Assembly: GCA_002189035.1 (NCBI GenBank)
Contig: NEEC01000008.1
Coordinates: 558,001-622,000 of the forward strand
DNA: 64,000 nt
Direction: 5' to 3'
DNA from: Utricularia gibba
Taxonomy: Eukaryota; Plantae; Magnoliophyta
The notes under the pieces were generated by a model. It was not told the origin of the DNA. It saw nothing but the letters and a program-made list of their open reading frames with translations, and ran no database searches. The position numbers and the translations under genes are program-made. This document shows positions 12,260-24,242 of the stretch, one piece after another (position 1 is the stretch's first letter; every line of letters begins with the position of its first letter).

Positions 12260-12699
12260 TGGATAATAATAAGTTAGTTTTTGGTTGATTTTGTTAGTTA
12301 ATATGTAGGGACTAATGTGTAATTTTTATTTAGTGATTTGCTAAATAAAAATTCTCGACTCTATAAATAGAGATGTCATAATCCTCAAAAAAATATTGAA
12401 CTTTCTATTGATGTACTATTGGTTTAGATAAATGGAGATTGATTGAAGACTTTTTCAAATTGGTGTGTTTTTGGAAGATCATTATCTTTTCTTTGATTTT
12501 AACAAGACATTCTTGAGTCATGCATTTTGGTATATATTTATATTTCCACTGCAATTAAACTCTCGATAATTTCTAATTATATGATCCTGTGGCTGTCTTA
12601 TTGCAAATTTAAATTTTCGAAATAAGGTGTCTTAAGAACATTATAATATGTAATTGTATAGGGAGTCTAATAACACGTATTTGAGGTTCAGACCCATCA
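12140..12699 (+). mobile_element. Possible unrelated solo-LTR remnant abutting the CRM 3' end
   Basis: Begins TGTTAGAA, contains ctctataaatagag (~12359-12372), ends gacccatCA; flanks ATATG/AAATG. No second copy in the window. Confidence 0.3.
12222..12259. repeat. (TTA)n microsatellite
   Basis: Read directly from the sequence. Confidence 0.9.
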
Positions 12700-14229
12700 A
12701 AATGAACTCAAAACGATTTATATAAACGAAAAAAGTGCATGGACACCATTTATGTAAACCCCGTGCTTGTATATACCCTAAACCTTATAAACACACAATT
12801 ACATGAGTACGGTTTATAATCATGGTCGTTGGTTCCACCATGAAACACCTCTATATGAACGTCGTTTATACAAAAAGCGATATCCATAAATTTAAATTAA
12901 ACAATTTCAAAATATATCTATGTATTGATATTTTAATTAACAGGGCTTTTAATTAAATTTTAAATATATGTATTTAAGTTTATATTTGAATTATGTATAA
13001 ATTATGTTGTGAATACAGTTCATTATTTTTATTTTTGTGAAATACATTTACATAAAAAAGCTCTTTATTCCATTCCAGTATTTTCGATCAATCCCTGGTG
13101 TAAAAGTGTTGTTGAAGGGGGAACAAGATTGATGCTCCTCCGCATCCTCGTCTGTCCCCTGAAACAAAGCTTACACACAAACCCTTTGCAGGAAAACAGT
13201 AGAGTAGCTTTATCCCTTCGCATGTAAAACGCCTCTTCTGTCCCCAGCTTCGCTTTCATGGATTCCCTCTCACCCCTCAACTGCCCCACCCTCTTCCTCC
13301 TCAAACCCCACCGCCACTCACGCATGTACATGAAGTCAAAAGAAGCATTCTACTCATCTAATCCATGGTGACTATCATAATCACACACCGCCAACTTACG
13401 ACCCCCACCTCCATAAACCAGAGTTAGCTTATTCTTCTGAGCTTCATCGATCGAACGCAGGATCTCAGACTCGTTCCAAGATTCCATTGACCAATCACGG
13501 AACGCATTCCAAGAGGTGGCAGTTCAGCTTTACTGAGGTAGGCTATTGGATGTAGTTTTTTTTCCTTATCCCCCAGCTTTCTTTGACTTGGGCATATTTA
13601 TATGCTTCTTATATGATTGCGTCTTGATTACATGTACGTCTCAGTATCATTGTACTTGGTTTTGCTATACGAATCTCAGCACTCATGCTCTCTTACAGCC
13701 ACCAGTATATTGTATTTCGTTTGTTTGACTTTTTTTTTTGTTTTTGTTTTTTGCTTGAGAGAAGAGGAAACGTATATTTTGACATGTAGCATCGTGGCTG
13801 TTGCGTCTCAAAAAAGTTCAGGCCATGCTATTAAATCTAGTATATGAACAGGCTTTACCTCGAGTTCTGTCATCTTCCCCATCAGTTGATCACCACCCGA
13901 TTACCACCCTCACCCATAAACTTCCAACCAACAAAGAGGATTTTCGCAGCTCAAGGTTGAGAGATGTTCTGTACACGTTACCACATGTACTCCTGGCTTT
14001 ATTTCAATCGGAAGAAAGAGTTCCATAGTCATTGATGTCTGAACTTTTCTTTTGATTCATCCTTTTTTTTTGTCGTTCATGTTGGGTTTGGCCAGATGAT
14101 CAAGATTCTTGCTGGGTTCCAGATCTGGTGGTGCTCACGCACATATAGGCTTTGAAGTCGTGATTGGAGGAGGAGAAATGCTATCGGACTACACAGCGCT
14201 GTATTGAGATCTGGTTTGTTTAGTGGTAA

Positions 14230-16131
14230 TTGATGATGGCGGAAGAGAGGTTGCTGAAGCCTCAAGATTTAAGTAAGGGAGGCGACGAGGGTTGGCTGCA
14301 GCTCGGAATTGGTAGTATTGGAGGTCGAGTTGACTACCAAGAAAAGAAGAATGAGCCGCGCATCGTTGAACTCGAGCTCATGCCGAGTAACAGTTGCAAC
14401 AGCTATTCACAAGCCCAGCCGGGGAGTTTCGTCCATGGCAGCCAGTGCCCAATCTTTCCGGCATCAGCGGACTCAGCCCACCGAATAGTGCAACCAGTAG
14501 TTATAGCTTCCTTCAAAAACAACGTCCTATCAGTGGAGAACTGATGAGTATAGCGATGGAGCCCGGTTCTCATTCCGAGCGCCCATTTCAACTGAACACG
14601 GGGACGACAGGCGCGTATCTGGACTTCAGAATCGTTCCATCCCCAAGAAGACCCCATTCTGGGATATGGTTTACGCTACTCGCCTCACCATACCAGTAAG
14701 CAATCATGAATCAACCATCCTTAATCCTTAAATTCTCTTGAAATTAAAGGTTTTCCCTTTTATTGTCGTCCCCGTCTCAGAAAAAAAGAGACATTCCTGC
14801 AGCAGATTCCGAGGAGGTACTTCAGAATCAAGTAATTCACTTGGTTCACGACGTTTTGACACCTTTCTTAGGTTTCTCTTCTTACACTAACTGGGCTTTG
14901 AAAGAAATGAATCAGGGATGGAAGTATGACAATATCAGTTGTCATAAGGTATCTGGTCAGCAAGCTCAGTCCGGCCACCGAATCAGAGGTATGCATGACT
15001 TGTCCAAAACACTTACCTCGTTTTTTCTTTTCGGAAAACGGCATAGACTCGTGGGTTTGACGTTTATATTGATTGCATTGGATAAGACGTCATGAGGATT
15101 AGGTGAAATGCAGGCAAGCAGATATGAGCCATCTCGGGTTGGAGTCTTGTTGCCTAATCTGGGTGAATTCATAACTACGTCTGCGTGCTGTAGAACGCAA
15201 GTGAAGACATAGGGTCTTACCAGAAAGCCATATCCCACCAAACCCATGAGCAGTTTCATAACTTGAAACCTACTCATAGCATACGTGTTTCTGAGATTTG
15301 GAAGTAGTTGAATTCGGAACTCATGAAGGAAGGATTCCTGCATCAGCAGCACCAGTTAGGGATTAAACAATTTCGCATGCTTTTTGTTTTTTATTCCCAC
15401 TGGCGACAGGAGGAATAATTTACTTATTAACTAGGGCTGAGGTGATCATTTTTCTTTCTTTTTTTCCCCTTCTGCTCTGACTTCGTTTTCCTACGGCACG
15501 GAATGATTAAGCTACTTAGTGTCGGGTGTAGTCCGCCGTGGACCGCCAGTAGATTTGGAAGGATGTTCACCATCACCGGGAGGTGTGCGCTGTGTAGCTA
15601 CAATGGCGGTTAATCAGCTGCTGGCCGTTGTCTCGAATCTCCTCCGTCTTGTTTACCCGAATCGTTTTGAAATTGTACATTTGACTTCGCACTTTTAAAG
15701 GGATCCGCATGCATTTGTCCTATGCGTGTTTGTTTGACTTCCGGTTTGCAAAGGGACCGACGTCGTCGCTCTCATTTTCCTCTGGATGGAAAATAGTAGG
15801 CTATTTAGGGGTCCAGTGTTAACGCCACGCTCGTGTGGCGGTGCCCAGAATCTGGGATTTCATTTGCATGAACACAGTGGTACTGTGGAATGATTAGAGA
15901 TGTAATCAGGGATTACGGGCCGCTAATCCTTGCTATTTGTGGCTTTTGGTGCAGATGGAGATCAGGTGCAAAGGGAAGAGGCTCGAGCCCTGGCTGACGC
16001 TGCAGTACGTACGGGACTACGTGTGGAGTAGAGGCCCCAAAGAACTCGTCACTCTGCTTCCTAACTCATCAGCATGTCAGCACATCATGGTTCTTCACTA
16101 TGGTGCAAAAGAGGAACCTTCTTCCGACTAA
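14230..16131 (+). CDS. LAX PANICLE 2-like protein (RAWUL ubiquitin-like domain, no RING); apparent 1-bp frameshift in exon 1
   Basis: Exons 14230-14695, 14781-14831, 14916-14988 and 15955-16131. N-terminal GWLQLGIG and VELELMP; then PRRPHSGIWF.L.AS..Q..E.FL.QIP.RY.RIKDGSMTI.VVI.YLV.KL....ESE|MEIRCKG..L.P.LTLQYVRD.VW. The frame changes near 14421-14424. Confidence 0.88.
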
Positions 16132-16923
16132 TCAATGTTGGTCAGTGACATCAAATCAGTGCTTTTACTCTGTCCAAGCTGAGGGAAGGAGGAGACTGAT
16201 GCAGAGAGTTTACAGGTAGTGTTCTTCATGGATGTATCGGCTTCCTCTGTTTCTTATAATGAATCCATTGAAAAGGGACGATTCCATCTCTGAGGATGCT
16301 GGCCCATCAAACAAACTTATGCAACAGACATACCAAACCAACAACAGGGACTTAGCTGCGAAGCATATGACTTGCAGAAAGGAAGAACCCAAAGAGACGA
16401 ACAGCTGGGAAAGTAGCAAGTTCAAAGAAATTGGGGAGTGTAATGCATATGTGCAATTTCACCTTTGAAAACCAAATTTGAGCAACATCTCAGAAAAAAA
16501 ACGACACTAAAAAAGCAGAAATCATAACGATCTGCAGAGCCGAATTCTTGGCTTTCCTACTTATTAACTAGACATGTATAAGGCCTCCTGACGGCTGCAT
16601 TGAGTTCATATCAACGACATGACTGATCATCAATCAAGTGGTCCTTGTCCCATTGCGTCATATGCCAAAGAAACGGAAACATAGAAAGTTGCAAAAGGAA
16701 TTGACAAGATATACCCCAAGCAAGTCATTGATGATCCATCTTTTGTACACCAAGATTTTACAGCAGCACTTTACTACAAACTAGTGGCATGAAGAACCTA
16801 AAACCACCAAAAAAAGGTCAACTACCTGAATGAGCAAAATTAGAGGATTATTGTTCATGCAGCCATCACATGAAGAGCAACCAAGCAGAGTTGTAAAATC
16901 AACTCATACACCACAAGAAAAAC

Positions 16924-17844
16924 TCACAAGGACCCTTTTCGGAGTTTGAGAATGGAAGAGTACATCTTCCTCCGTGAACCAACAGCATTTATTCCCATAT
17001 CCTTGAGATCCTCCAGGGTAAGCAATGCTAATACCTCTTCGTCCACTTCATGTATCTCAAAGACAGGGGCGTATCTCTCCAAACCCATACCAGCTAACCA
17101 TTCTTTAACAGCTGCAATTCCTACGTTATGCTTACCGGTAGAATCTACCTCGTTTTGATGAACGCCATTGCTTTCTGAGAGTCGGGCTCTGTTTCGCCTT
17201 CTTTGTTGATCCCAGAAACGCAAACCCATGTTCTCCGCGGAGTTAATTGGACTTTCTCGTTCCTTCAACGGAGGGCTATCGGAGCCCTCGACCTCGAATT
17301 CTCGAAATTCATCATTGTCGTTGTCATTTTCCTCTGGATGGAAATTGGAGCTGTCAATTATAACTGCTCCCCGGACAGCACCACCATTATTAACCGCGAA
17401 AGTGTCGAATTTATTCCAATTGGTGCGGGCCCTTTTCGCCGGTCTCTTGATTTTTGGCTTTCTGTGTGAGAAATCTGGGAACTCGTCATGATTCTCAACC
17501 GAATCTTGAAAACTAGCCTCACCGCCCCCAGTCGTACCGGCGTCACCATTGACGAGGTTGGTCAAAGGGCGTGTTTTGGAAGCCTTAGCAGCCAAGGATG
17601 GGTCCTTGTGGTAGCGCCACGTCTTATTGGGACGCCTCTGCAGTGTTTCGTAAGTCGCATCGCCCCCGATTTCACCGAGACGGACGCTCGGCCGGCGCTG
17701 TCGCTTAGGAAGTTTTGTGGCCTGGTTAACGACAGCCGATCTTGGGTCGACCGAAGGATGTTCCGGTGAGGGAGCGGCAGTGAATACGGCAGGCAATGGC
17801 TCCGCGGAGATTTGGATCTCCGGTGGCTGATGCTCTGTTTCCAT
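16924..17844 (-). CDS. Sterile alpha motif (SAM) domain protein, 306 aa
   Basis: Single ORF starting METEHQPPE; KRQRRPSVRLGEIGG motif; C-terminal SAM VKEWL.G.GLERYAPVFEIHEVDEEVL.LLTLEDLKDMGINAVGSRRKMY..I.KL. Confidence 0.93.
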   Translation of the reverse strand: METEHQPPEIQISAEPLPAVFTAAPSPEHPSVDPRSAVVNQATKLPKRQRRPSVRLGEIGGDATYETLQRRPNKTWRYHKDPSLAAKASKTRPLTNLVNGDAGTTGGGEASFQDSVENHDEFPDFSHRKPKIKRPAKRARTNWNKFDTFAVNNGGAVRGAVIIDSSNFHPEENDNDNDEFREFEVEGSDSPPLKERESPINSAENMGLRFWDQQRRRNRARLSESNGVHQNEVDSTGKHNVGIAAVKEWLAGMGLERYAPVFEIHEVDEEVLALLTLEDLKDMGINAVGSRRKMYSSILKLRKGSL

Positions 17845-18826
17845 GTGGATGTATGTGCTCGGTGCGTGAGAGAGAATCCTTCGAGAATACGCTCCGTCGC
17901 AACAGATAAGAAGAGGTGCAGCAGTGGTAGGGTGCAATCGGGTGCAAGGGACGCTACTGTACACCCCCATCCTCCTCCTCCTCCTTCTCTGGGCTTTCTT
18001 AGAGGCCCAAAAAATGGGCCTTTCTCAGCCACAAGCCCAAATCCCTGAAGCCCACTCCCGTTGTCATTCTGACGATGAAGTGCGCGCTCCTTCAGCAGTC
18101 AAACAATTTGGAGAGAAGAGTGGTAGCAGAAAAGCAAAAGGGTGGATAGAGGAACTGTGGGATGTGGATTTTGTGGTTGTTTTTATGTGAATCTTCTCTG
18201 CTCTGCTCTGTTGTATACGTAAACCAACAGAAAAGGCGAGAAGGCACGCAGCAAAAGGCCAACCGCAACTTCTTCTGCTGAAAAGGTCCATTGGAACTGC
18301 ACAGGCCTTCGCTTCCCTTGGTCCACCCGCGTAGCACAAGGAATAGGAATGCGCAGTGAATGATGAACATTTTGAAACTGGAAGAAGAACATGATGAATG
18401 GTGGTTGTCGTACATACCGCATGTTATGATTTCTTATTTATAGAATATCATAAGTTTTATTTAAATTTGCGTAATACCATTATTTATAGTAACATGCTAA
18501 TGATGTCAACTATGCGCAGATCTCCAATACGGGAATACTATGTTTTGTGTTGGATCCTCATAGTACACAATTTGATGTAGACTTTTTCGTTCAAATAAAA
18601 TCTAGATGAGTTGGTACTTCTCACAGATCTCCAATAAGGCATTGATCAATTGGATCCATGAGCACATTACAGTAGTCCCCAACGATACAACTAATCATCA
18701 TTGCATAAGGTCAATCCGTGCAACCATCTAGGTCACTATGGATTTTATGTATATTGATAAACTTGATATTATTGAATAATTGGATAGATATAATGAACAA
18801 AGCATAATCTTAAGAATAGACATTCA

Positions 18827-20135
18827 GGGCGCGTTTGGTTGCTGGGTTTAGGTGGGTTGCGCTGTGGGTTTAGTCATAAACCCACGTTTAGTTGTGGGTT
18901 TCAGATGGGTAAAAATACCATCTGTTGACCATAAACCAGGCGGGAACCCGTGGAGCTGGGTTTAGCTAAACCCAGAGGGGGGGTCGGTTTAGCTAAACCC
19001 AGCTCGGCACTTCCACTTTTTCCCTCGCGTGAACTATATTTGAACGCAGGTTTACAACCCAGAATTTGTTCGTGCTTTGCCAGTAGCGTCGCCTGTTCGA
19101 GCACAAGAGGGTGGGTCTTTCAGTAAGTATGCTTTCTGTTCTTGGTGGGTTGGTCCACGGTAGCACCGCGAGGGGCCAACCACGGCAGCACCGCATAGTG
19201 GATTTTTATCTGTGAATTTCCAATTTCAGAATCTGTGTTGCTGTTTCAGTGAACCTATTTTGCTCAATTTTGGTGACTGTTGAGGGGACATGGATTTTTT
19301 CATGGAGGGTCATGTTATCTTAAGTGCGGCAACAGCAGTTTTGACTGAATACTTGGTGCAGATGAATGTGTTAGTATACTTACATTGGAGGAAATACCAT
19401 AGGCGATATAGGCTGAGACGCAAGTATTCACTTACCCACAAGATTCCTAGACAAGTTGAGTTTATTAGTAGGTTGGTGAGTAATGTGAACAGCGCATCCA
19501 TTGAGAATTTAAGAATCAGCCGAGATGCGTTGGGTGTTTTATGTAGCCTATTAGAAAATCGTTCTAACTTAAAGGCTGGAAAATATGTAACGGTTCCGGA
19601 GATGGTTTGCATGTTTTTAGGAATATTAGGTCATCATAAAAAAATGCGGGTGCAGAAGCATACCTACGGGAGGAGCACTGAGACACAGTCTCGGTGCTTC
19701 CAAAAGGTGTTGCATGCGGTGCTTTGCCTCCATGAGGTGTTGTTAGAGACCCCGGTAGTCGCTGCATAACATCCATCCGAAGGAAAGTTTAAACACTTCC
19801 AAGTTGACACATCTTTCATGCTTCTTTTTACGAATGTGTATCCTAAAATTGATTATGCATTTGTAGGGTATAGAAATCGAAAGGGGGTGATATCCACCAA
19901 CATGTTGGGTGTATGTGATGAACATATGAAATTTATATATGTACTTGCTGGGTGGGAGGGGTCTGCTGCAGATAGTTGGGTGTTCAACGATGCACTATCA
20001 CGATCCGACAGCTTCCGTATATGCCCAAGTATTTCACTTGTTTATCCCTTGCGCATGTGATTCCAATGATTTTATGCACCTGGTATACGTGATGACACAG
20101 GAACATATTACCTATGTGACAATGGATACGCCATT
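18827..20135 (+). mobile_element. Truncated PIF/Harbinger DNA transposon (5' TIR, palindromic subterminal repeats, partial DDE transposase)
   Basis: TIR-like GGGCGCGTTTGGTTG at 18827. ORF 19290-19769: LRISRDAL..LC.LL......V.V.E.V.MFL.ILGHHKK.R......RS.ET.SR.F..VL.A.L.L. Then YRNRKG.ISTNMLGVCD..MKFIYVLAGWEGSAADS.V..DA, an intron, and TYYLCDNGYA (to ~20132). No 3' TIR or Myb-like ORF found. Confidence 0.9.
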
Positions 20136-21839
20136 GTGAAGATAAACATAAACTTCTGGATATTGTAATTGTATATTATATTTAGATTACACATAGGGAG
20201 AAAAACATAATTACGAGTGACACTCATCTATATAATTACATTTCTCTACAATACAAAGATGGAGTTGATTGATCACGTTGTCTCTAGATAAGATTAAACT
20301 CACAAACAAACATTTTTGAATCACCGGTAATAATCAAATTATCAAATAAATTAAAGTTTTAAATCCCAATTTAAAATCAAATATGATGAATTCCATCAAG
20401 ATGATGAAAAACATTTGAAGAATAATAAGAATGTTACATAATTGAACACTTTGTATAAAAAAATCATTCCACTTGAATTAATTACAAAGAATAAGAGGAA
20501 AAAGATTAAAGCTATATTTAAATCTATATTCAACAATATTGTGTTAGAAGTTATATTTCAAATCTTATCATCAAAGTAGTTCAACTACTTAAAGCTGAAA
20601 CTGACTTAAAGTCCAAAATGTGTCTACATTTTTTATATGTACTATTAGACTTAATAGTCTTTACTTTTATTTGACTTGAGTTTAATAATGTTAGTAATCA
20701 ATTTTAGAGTATAAATAATCTAGATATGTGTTCTTTAATGAGTCTTTTAAATTTTAAAGTATACTTATCAAACTTTTGAACTTGTAGTATCCAAAAATTA
20801 TTACTTCAAATTTTGTTTTATTCTAAAGTGTGGTTCATGATTTTTTCTTTTTTTTCATAACTTGATTGTAACAGATTTATTCTTTTGAGGTTAGATGTCA
20901 GTAGATTATTTTCTAAATGCTAAATTTCTTTATGTTTGTGGGTTGTCAATTTTTTAAAATTGAAGGGTTACATCATTTGATATCATAACTTTGATGTTCC
21001 TTCCTTTTATTATTATCTTGTTCTCATTTCGTCATAGTTTTAGTGCTATTCCTCCTACTTATTTGAAAAAAAAAAGCCATGGTCATGTCTATATTTTATG
21101 CTTTGGTAAAGCAAAAAAAAAGGTAGAAAGAAAATTTGTTGAGTAGGAGCTTGAAATTAAATCTCAATGAAATAGCAAGATATCTTGAAAATCAATTTCA
21201 AGTGTATGAAAGATAAGAAGGGTAAATGTGAACATTCATTTCTTGTCACTATCATTCATTATAAAGTGTTTTTGTTTATTGTACATTCTTTTATTTCATA
21301 CATTCCAATAAACAACATATTTCTTATTGTTTTTTTTATTTCAATCATCAATCTATTGTCATTTACTTATTACTATCATCTTATTAAAAAACTCTCTTTA
21401 TTTCTTGTTCATTTCTCTATTTACTACAATTCCACAAGTAACATATTTCCGGATTAATGCCCCTTTCTTTGATTCATCTTCTTTTTTATTTATTGTCAAT
21501 CCCTATCATTTATCTAATCTAACAAACAATCAATTTATTGATCTTATTTTAATTCAACAATTCTCCCTTATCTTTATCTTGACTCAATCATTCTTACCGT
21601 AACTTAATACCATCATAACACCATGATCATTTCTATTATGGAAGTGATTTAATTGTTAGAATGTCATGAGATCTAGCATAAGGATATTAAAGAGTATACA
21701 AAGGATTTGATGTTTAAGAATTAAGTGGTAAAAGCCATGTGCGTTTTCTTTGTTCTTTCCAATTATTTTCTTTTCTTTCTTGCTGCTATCTTTTCTCTTT
21801 TTTTAAAATGTCTAATTCAAAAAATGAGCATAAAAAAGA

Positions 21840-23195
21840 TGATTTATTGGATGATAGATTTACTTTGAAAGCTATATAAAAAATTCATTCTTTTAAGAAT
21901 GCATTTGAATGAATTTCTTTTTAAGCATTACATTTCCTCATGTTTGTGGATTGATAATCTATTTGGATTAAAGAGTTACATCAAAATACAACTAAGATGA
22001 AATCATATAAAAAAATCAATATCGAATATAAGAAACCTATTGCTTATTGTGTGAAATTAATATTTATCTAAAAATTAATTAAAATATTATAATTTCTATA
22101 ATCCTAATAAATAAAGTATGGTGTTCTAATGATTATTAAATAACATTATTTTAAAATAATATTTTCAAAACTTGTGAAAACAACTCAATTATCAAAGCCA
22201 GATTTGACAAGTTGGTATTTAGATCGAAAGTCAATTTTTATTAAGAAAATCTAAATAATCAATTCTCTATGTAGATTATCTTATTTATTATTCAACGATT
22301 AATATACCTTTGCAGAATTATTGTTAGTTATTTCCTACAATGCTAATCGAGGTACTTGTAAATTAATAGTATATTACTTATTTGATATTATATTTAGTTG
22401 ATTTTTTAAAAGAAACGTAAATATTTCAAATGATAAGGTAAAGACACAAAAAAGTAAAGCAAGGTGAACTAATTTAGGTCAAATAGTTTATAAAAAATAT
22501 CAATAAACACTTATGCATTTCATACAATTCAAGAAGCAATGAATACTTTGTTGAATACCCAATGCCAAATTTAGTACAAACAAAAATAGTTAACATAAGT
22601 GATCAAATATGTGAATGCAGCATTTATCAAATTAATAGATATCAAGAAGACCATTATATAGATAGCAAACACGTATGTAATCGATGAGTGTTTTTATCAA
22701 TTTTGCAATCGGAAACATTTTCAAAATTGACAAACATATTCGCACAAATACGAAAGCCATGAGGTAGTTTAATATTTAGTAAACTCTCTAATGTTTTTCA
22801 TAAAAAAATATTACCATTCAACAAAATAGTCCACTAACAAAAAAAAAGATTGATGGATATTCTTCTTTACGAAATTATTTTATGAATATTCATTTCTTTC
22901 AATGTTGCATCATTTTAATCGATAGATTATTTAAATTTAATCATATTTTTTAATTTTTATGTTTCTTTATAAATTGTTTTTACAATGAATAAAATTAAAT
23001 ATTTCATTCGAGTATTTATCTATAACTTAATAATTAAAAATAGTATACAGTTTCTATATTGTATATTTAAAATGGTATTCTATGATAAGAAAATAAACTA
23101 ATATTCAACTAATGTTATTTTGGAAAATTGTTTCTAGAAGAATGGTATTTTTCAAAATTAAAATATAAATATGTTATTTTACTAATATAACCTTC
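21840..23195 (+). mobile_element. Highly decayed Mutator-like (MULE) fossil
   Basis: Scattered translated fragments resemble MULE transposase: HSFKNAF (~21885), LFDIIFS*FFKR (~22380), SWIM-like IVNISDQICECSIYQIN (~22585-22640), YVIDECF. Many stops; low certainty. Confidence 0.35.
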
Positions 23196-24242
23196 TAAGT
23201 ACAAATTGGCAGCTTCCCTGCTGCATTGTTTGACTAAGAAACACTAATTAAGCAGCACCCATGTTGTGATTGTGACAGAAGAAAGATCTTTCACATTGCA
23301 TCTTCACCATAATATAATGATAATTGCTTGAAGTACACAGGTGGTTCGGGGCTTCCTCTCCCCCCTTCTCTAGCAGGGTAGGAGATCATTACCTTGAACT
23401 AGGGCCACTAGAATCTAAAGCACGAAGCAAGTTTTAAAAAGGAGAGTGAATATGGTAGCAAAATGAGGGTAAAAGTGCAGCATCTTTTGTCCTGCATTCA
23501 TCACATGATTCCAGCGTCAAAAGAAGACAGTAGCAGTTGTAGTGCTTTCTGCATTTCTTATCTCAGTTTCTCGCACGTTCTCTTATTTTCAGAGAAGTGA
23601 CAACACTTTCAAAGTTCAAATTTTGATGTTATCCATGGTTCTTGTAGCTTGTTAATGGGAACAAGCTATCAAGTAGCAGCCAAACTTCCGGATAGGCTGA
23701 GATTGGAAAACATCTTGACAGAAAAGCAGCAATGGAAGGACGTCCTACCCTTGTTATGTTATTCTATTCGGGATCAAACTTGAAAGCAGCAAACGCAAAG
23801 ATGATCAGTAACGCTTTTTTCAACCGCTCGCCCTTGGTGGTTTAGTAAGAAAACACAGTAGTAATAAATGAGAAATCTTTTTCGTAGGCATATGAATTTT
23901 GTTCTTGGGAACTGTAGCAAGAGGAATGAATTCATGGGAAAGGGGTATCTTTTTCTTTAGACCACACGGGAGGGGACCAGTGTGAGGTGGTCAGGAGAAG
24001 AGAGGGGGATAGGAATGCTCTTCTGCAAGACTGCAGATGCCAGATATTCATTCTCTTTATCACATTTTGGATTTAAGCAAAGCCCCCAATCCTAAAACGA
24101 CAAAAATGTGCTATATAGCCAACGAAAAAAGCATTGCATGCCACCAGCCAAAAATTGTTCTCCCATCTCAGAGACTGCTGTATAAATTGGGGTTGTCTCG
24201 GCAACAGTCTACACTTTTTTTCTTCTGTTCTTTCCGCGCTAA

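Noticed and set aside
16210-16468. Short ORFs between the LAX2-like and SAM genes
   Set aside because: No homology cues; probably 3' UTR sequence.
17845-17970. In-frame N-terminal extension of the SAM ORF given in the ORF track
   Set aside because: It begins at a non-ATG codon in UTR-like low-complexity sequence; the family-like start is METEHQPPE at 17844.
20136-20165. Short similarity to the PMD fossil at 47895-47935
   Set aside because: Too short and AT-rich to separate from chance.
23273-23285. TGACAGAAGAAAG, resembling the start of miR156/157
   Set aside because: The match breaks down after about 10-13 nt, and no complementary star arm is nearby.
23676-23690. GCAGCCAAAC as a possible 3' TIR of the PIF element
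   Set aside because: It lacks the terminal GCGCCC and a matching TSD.
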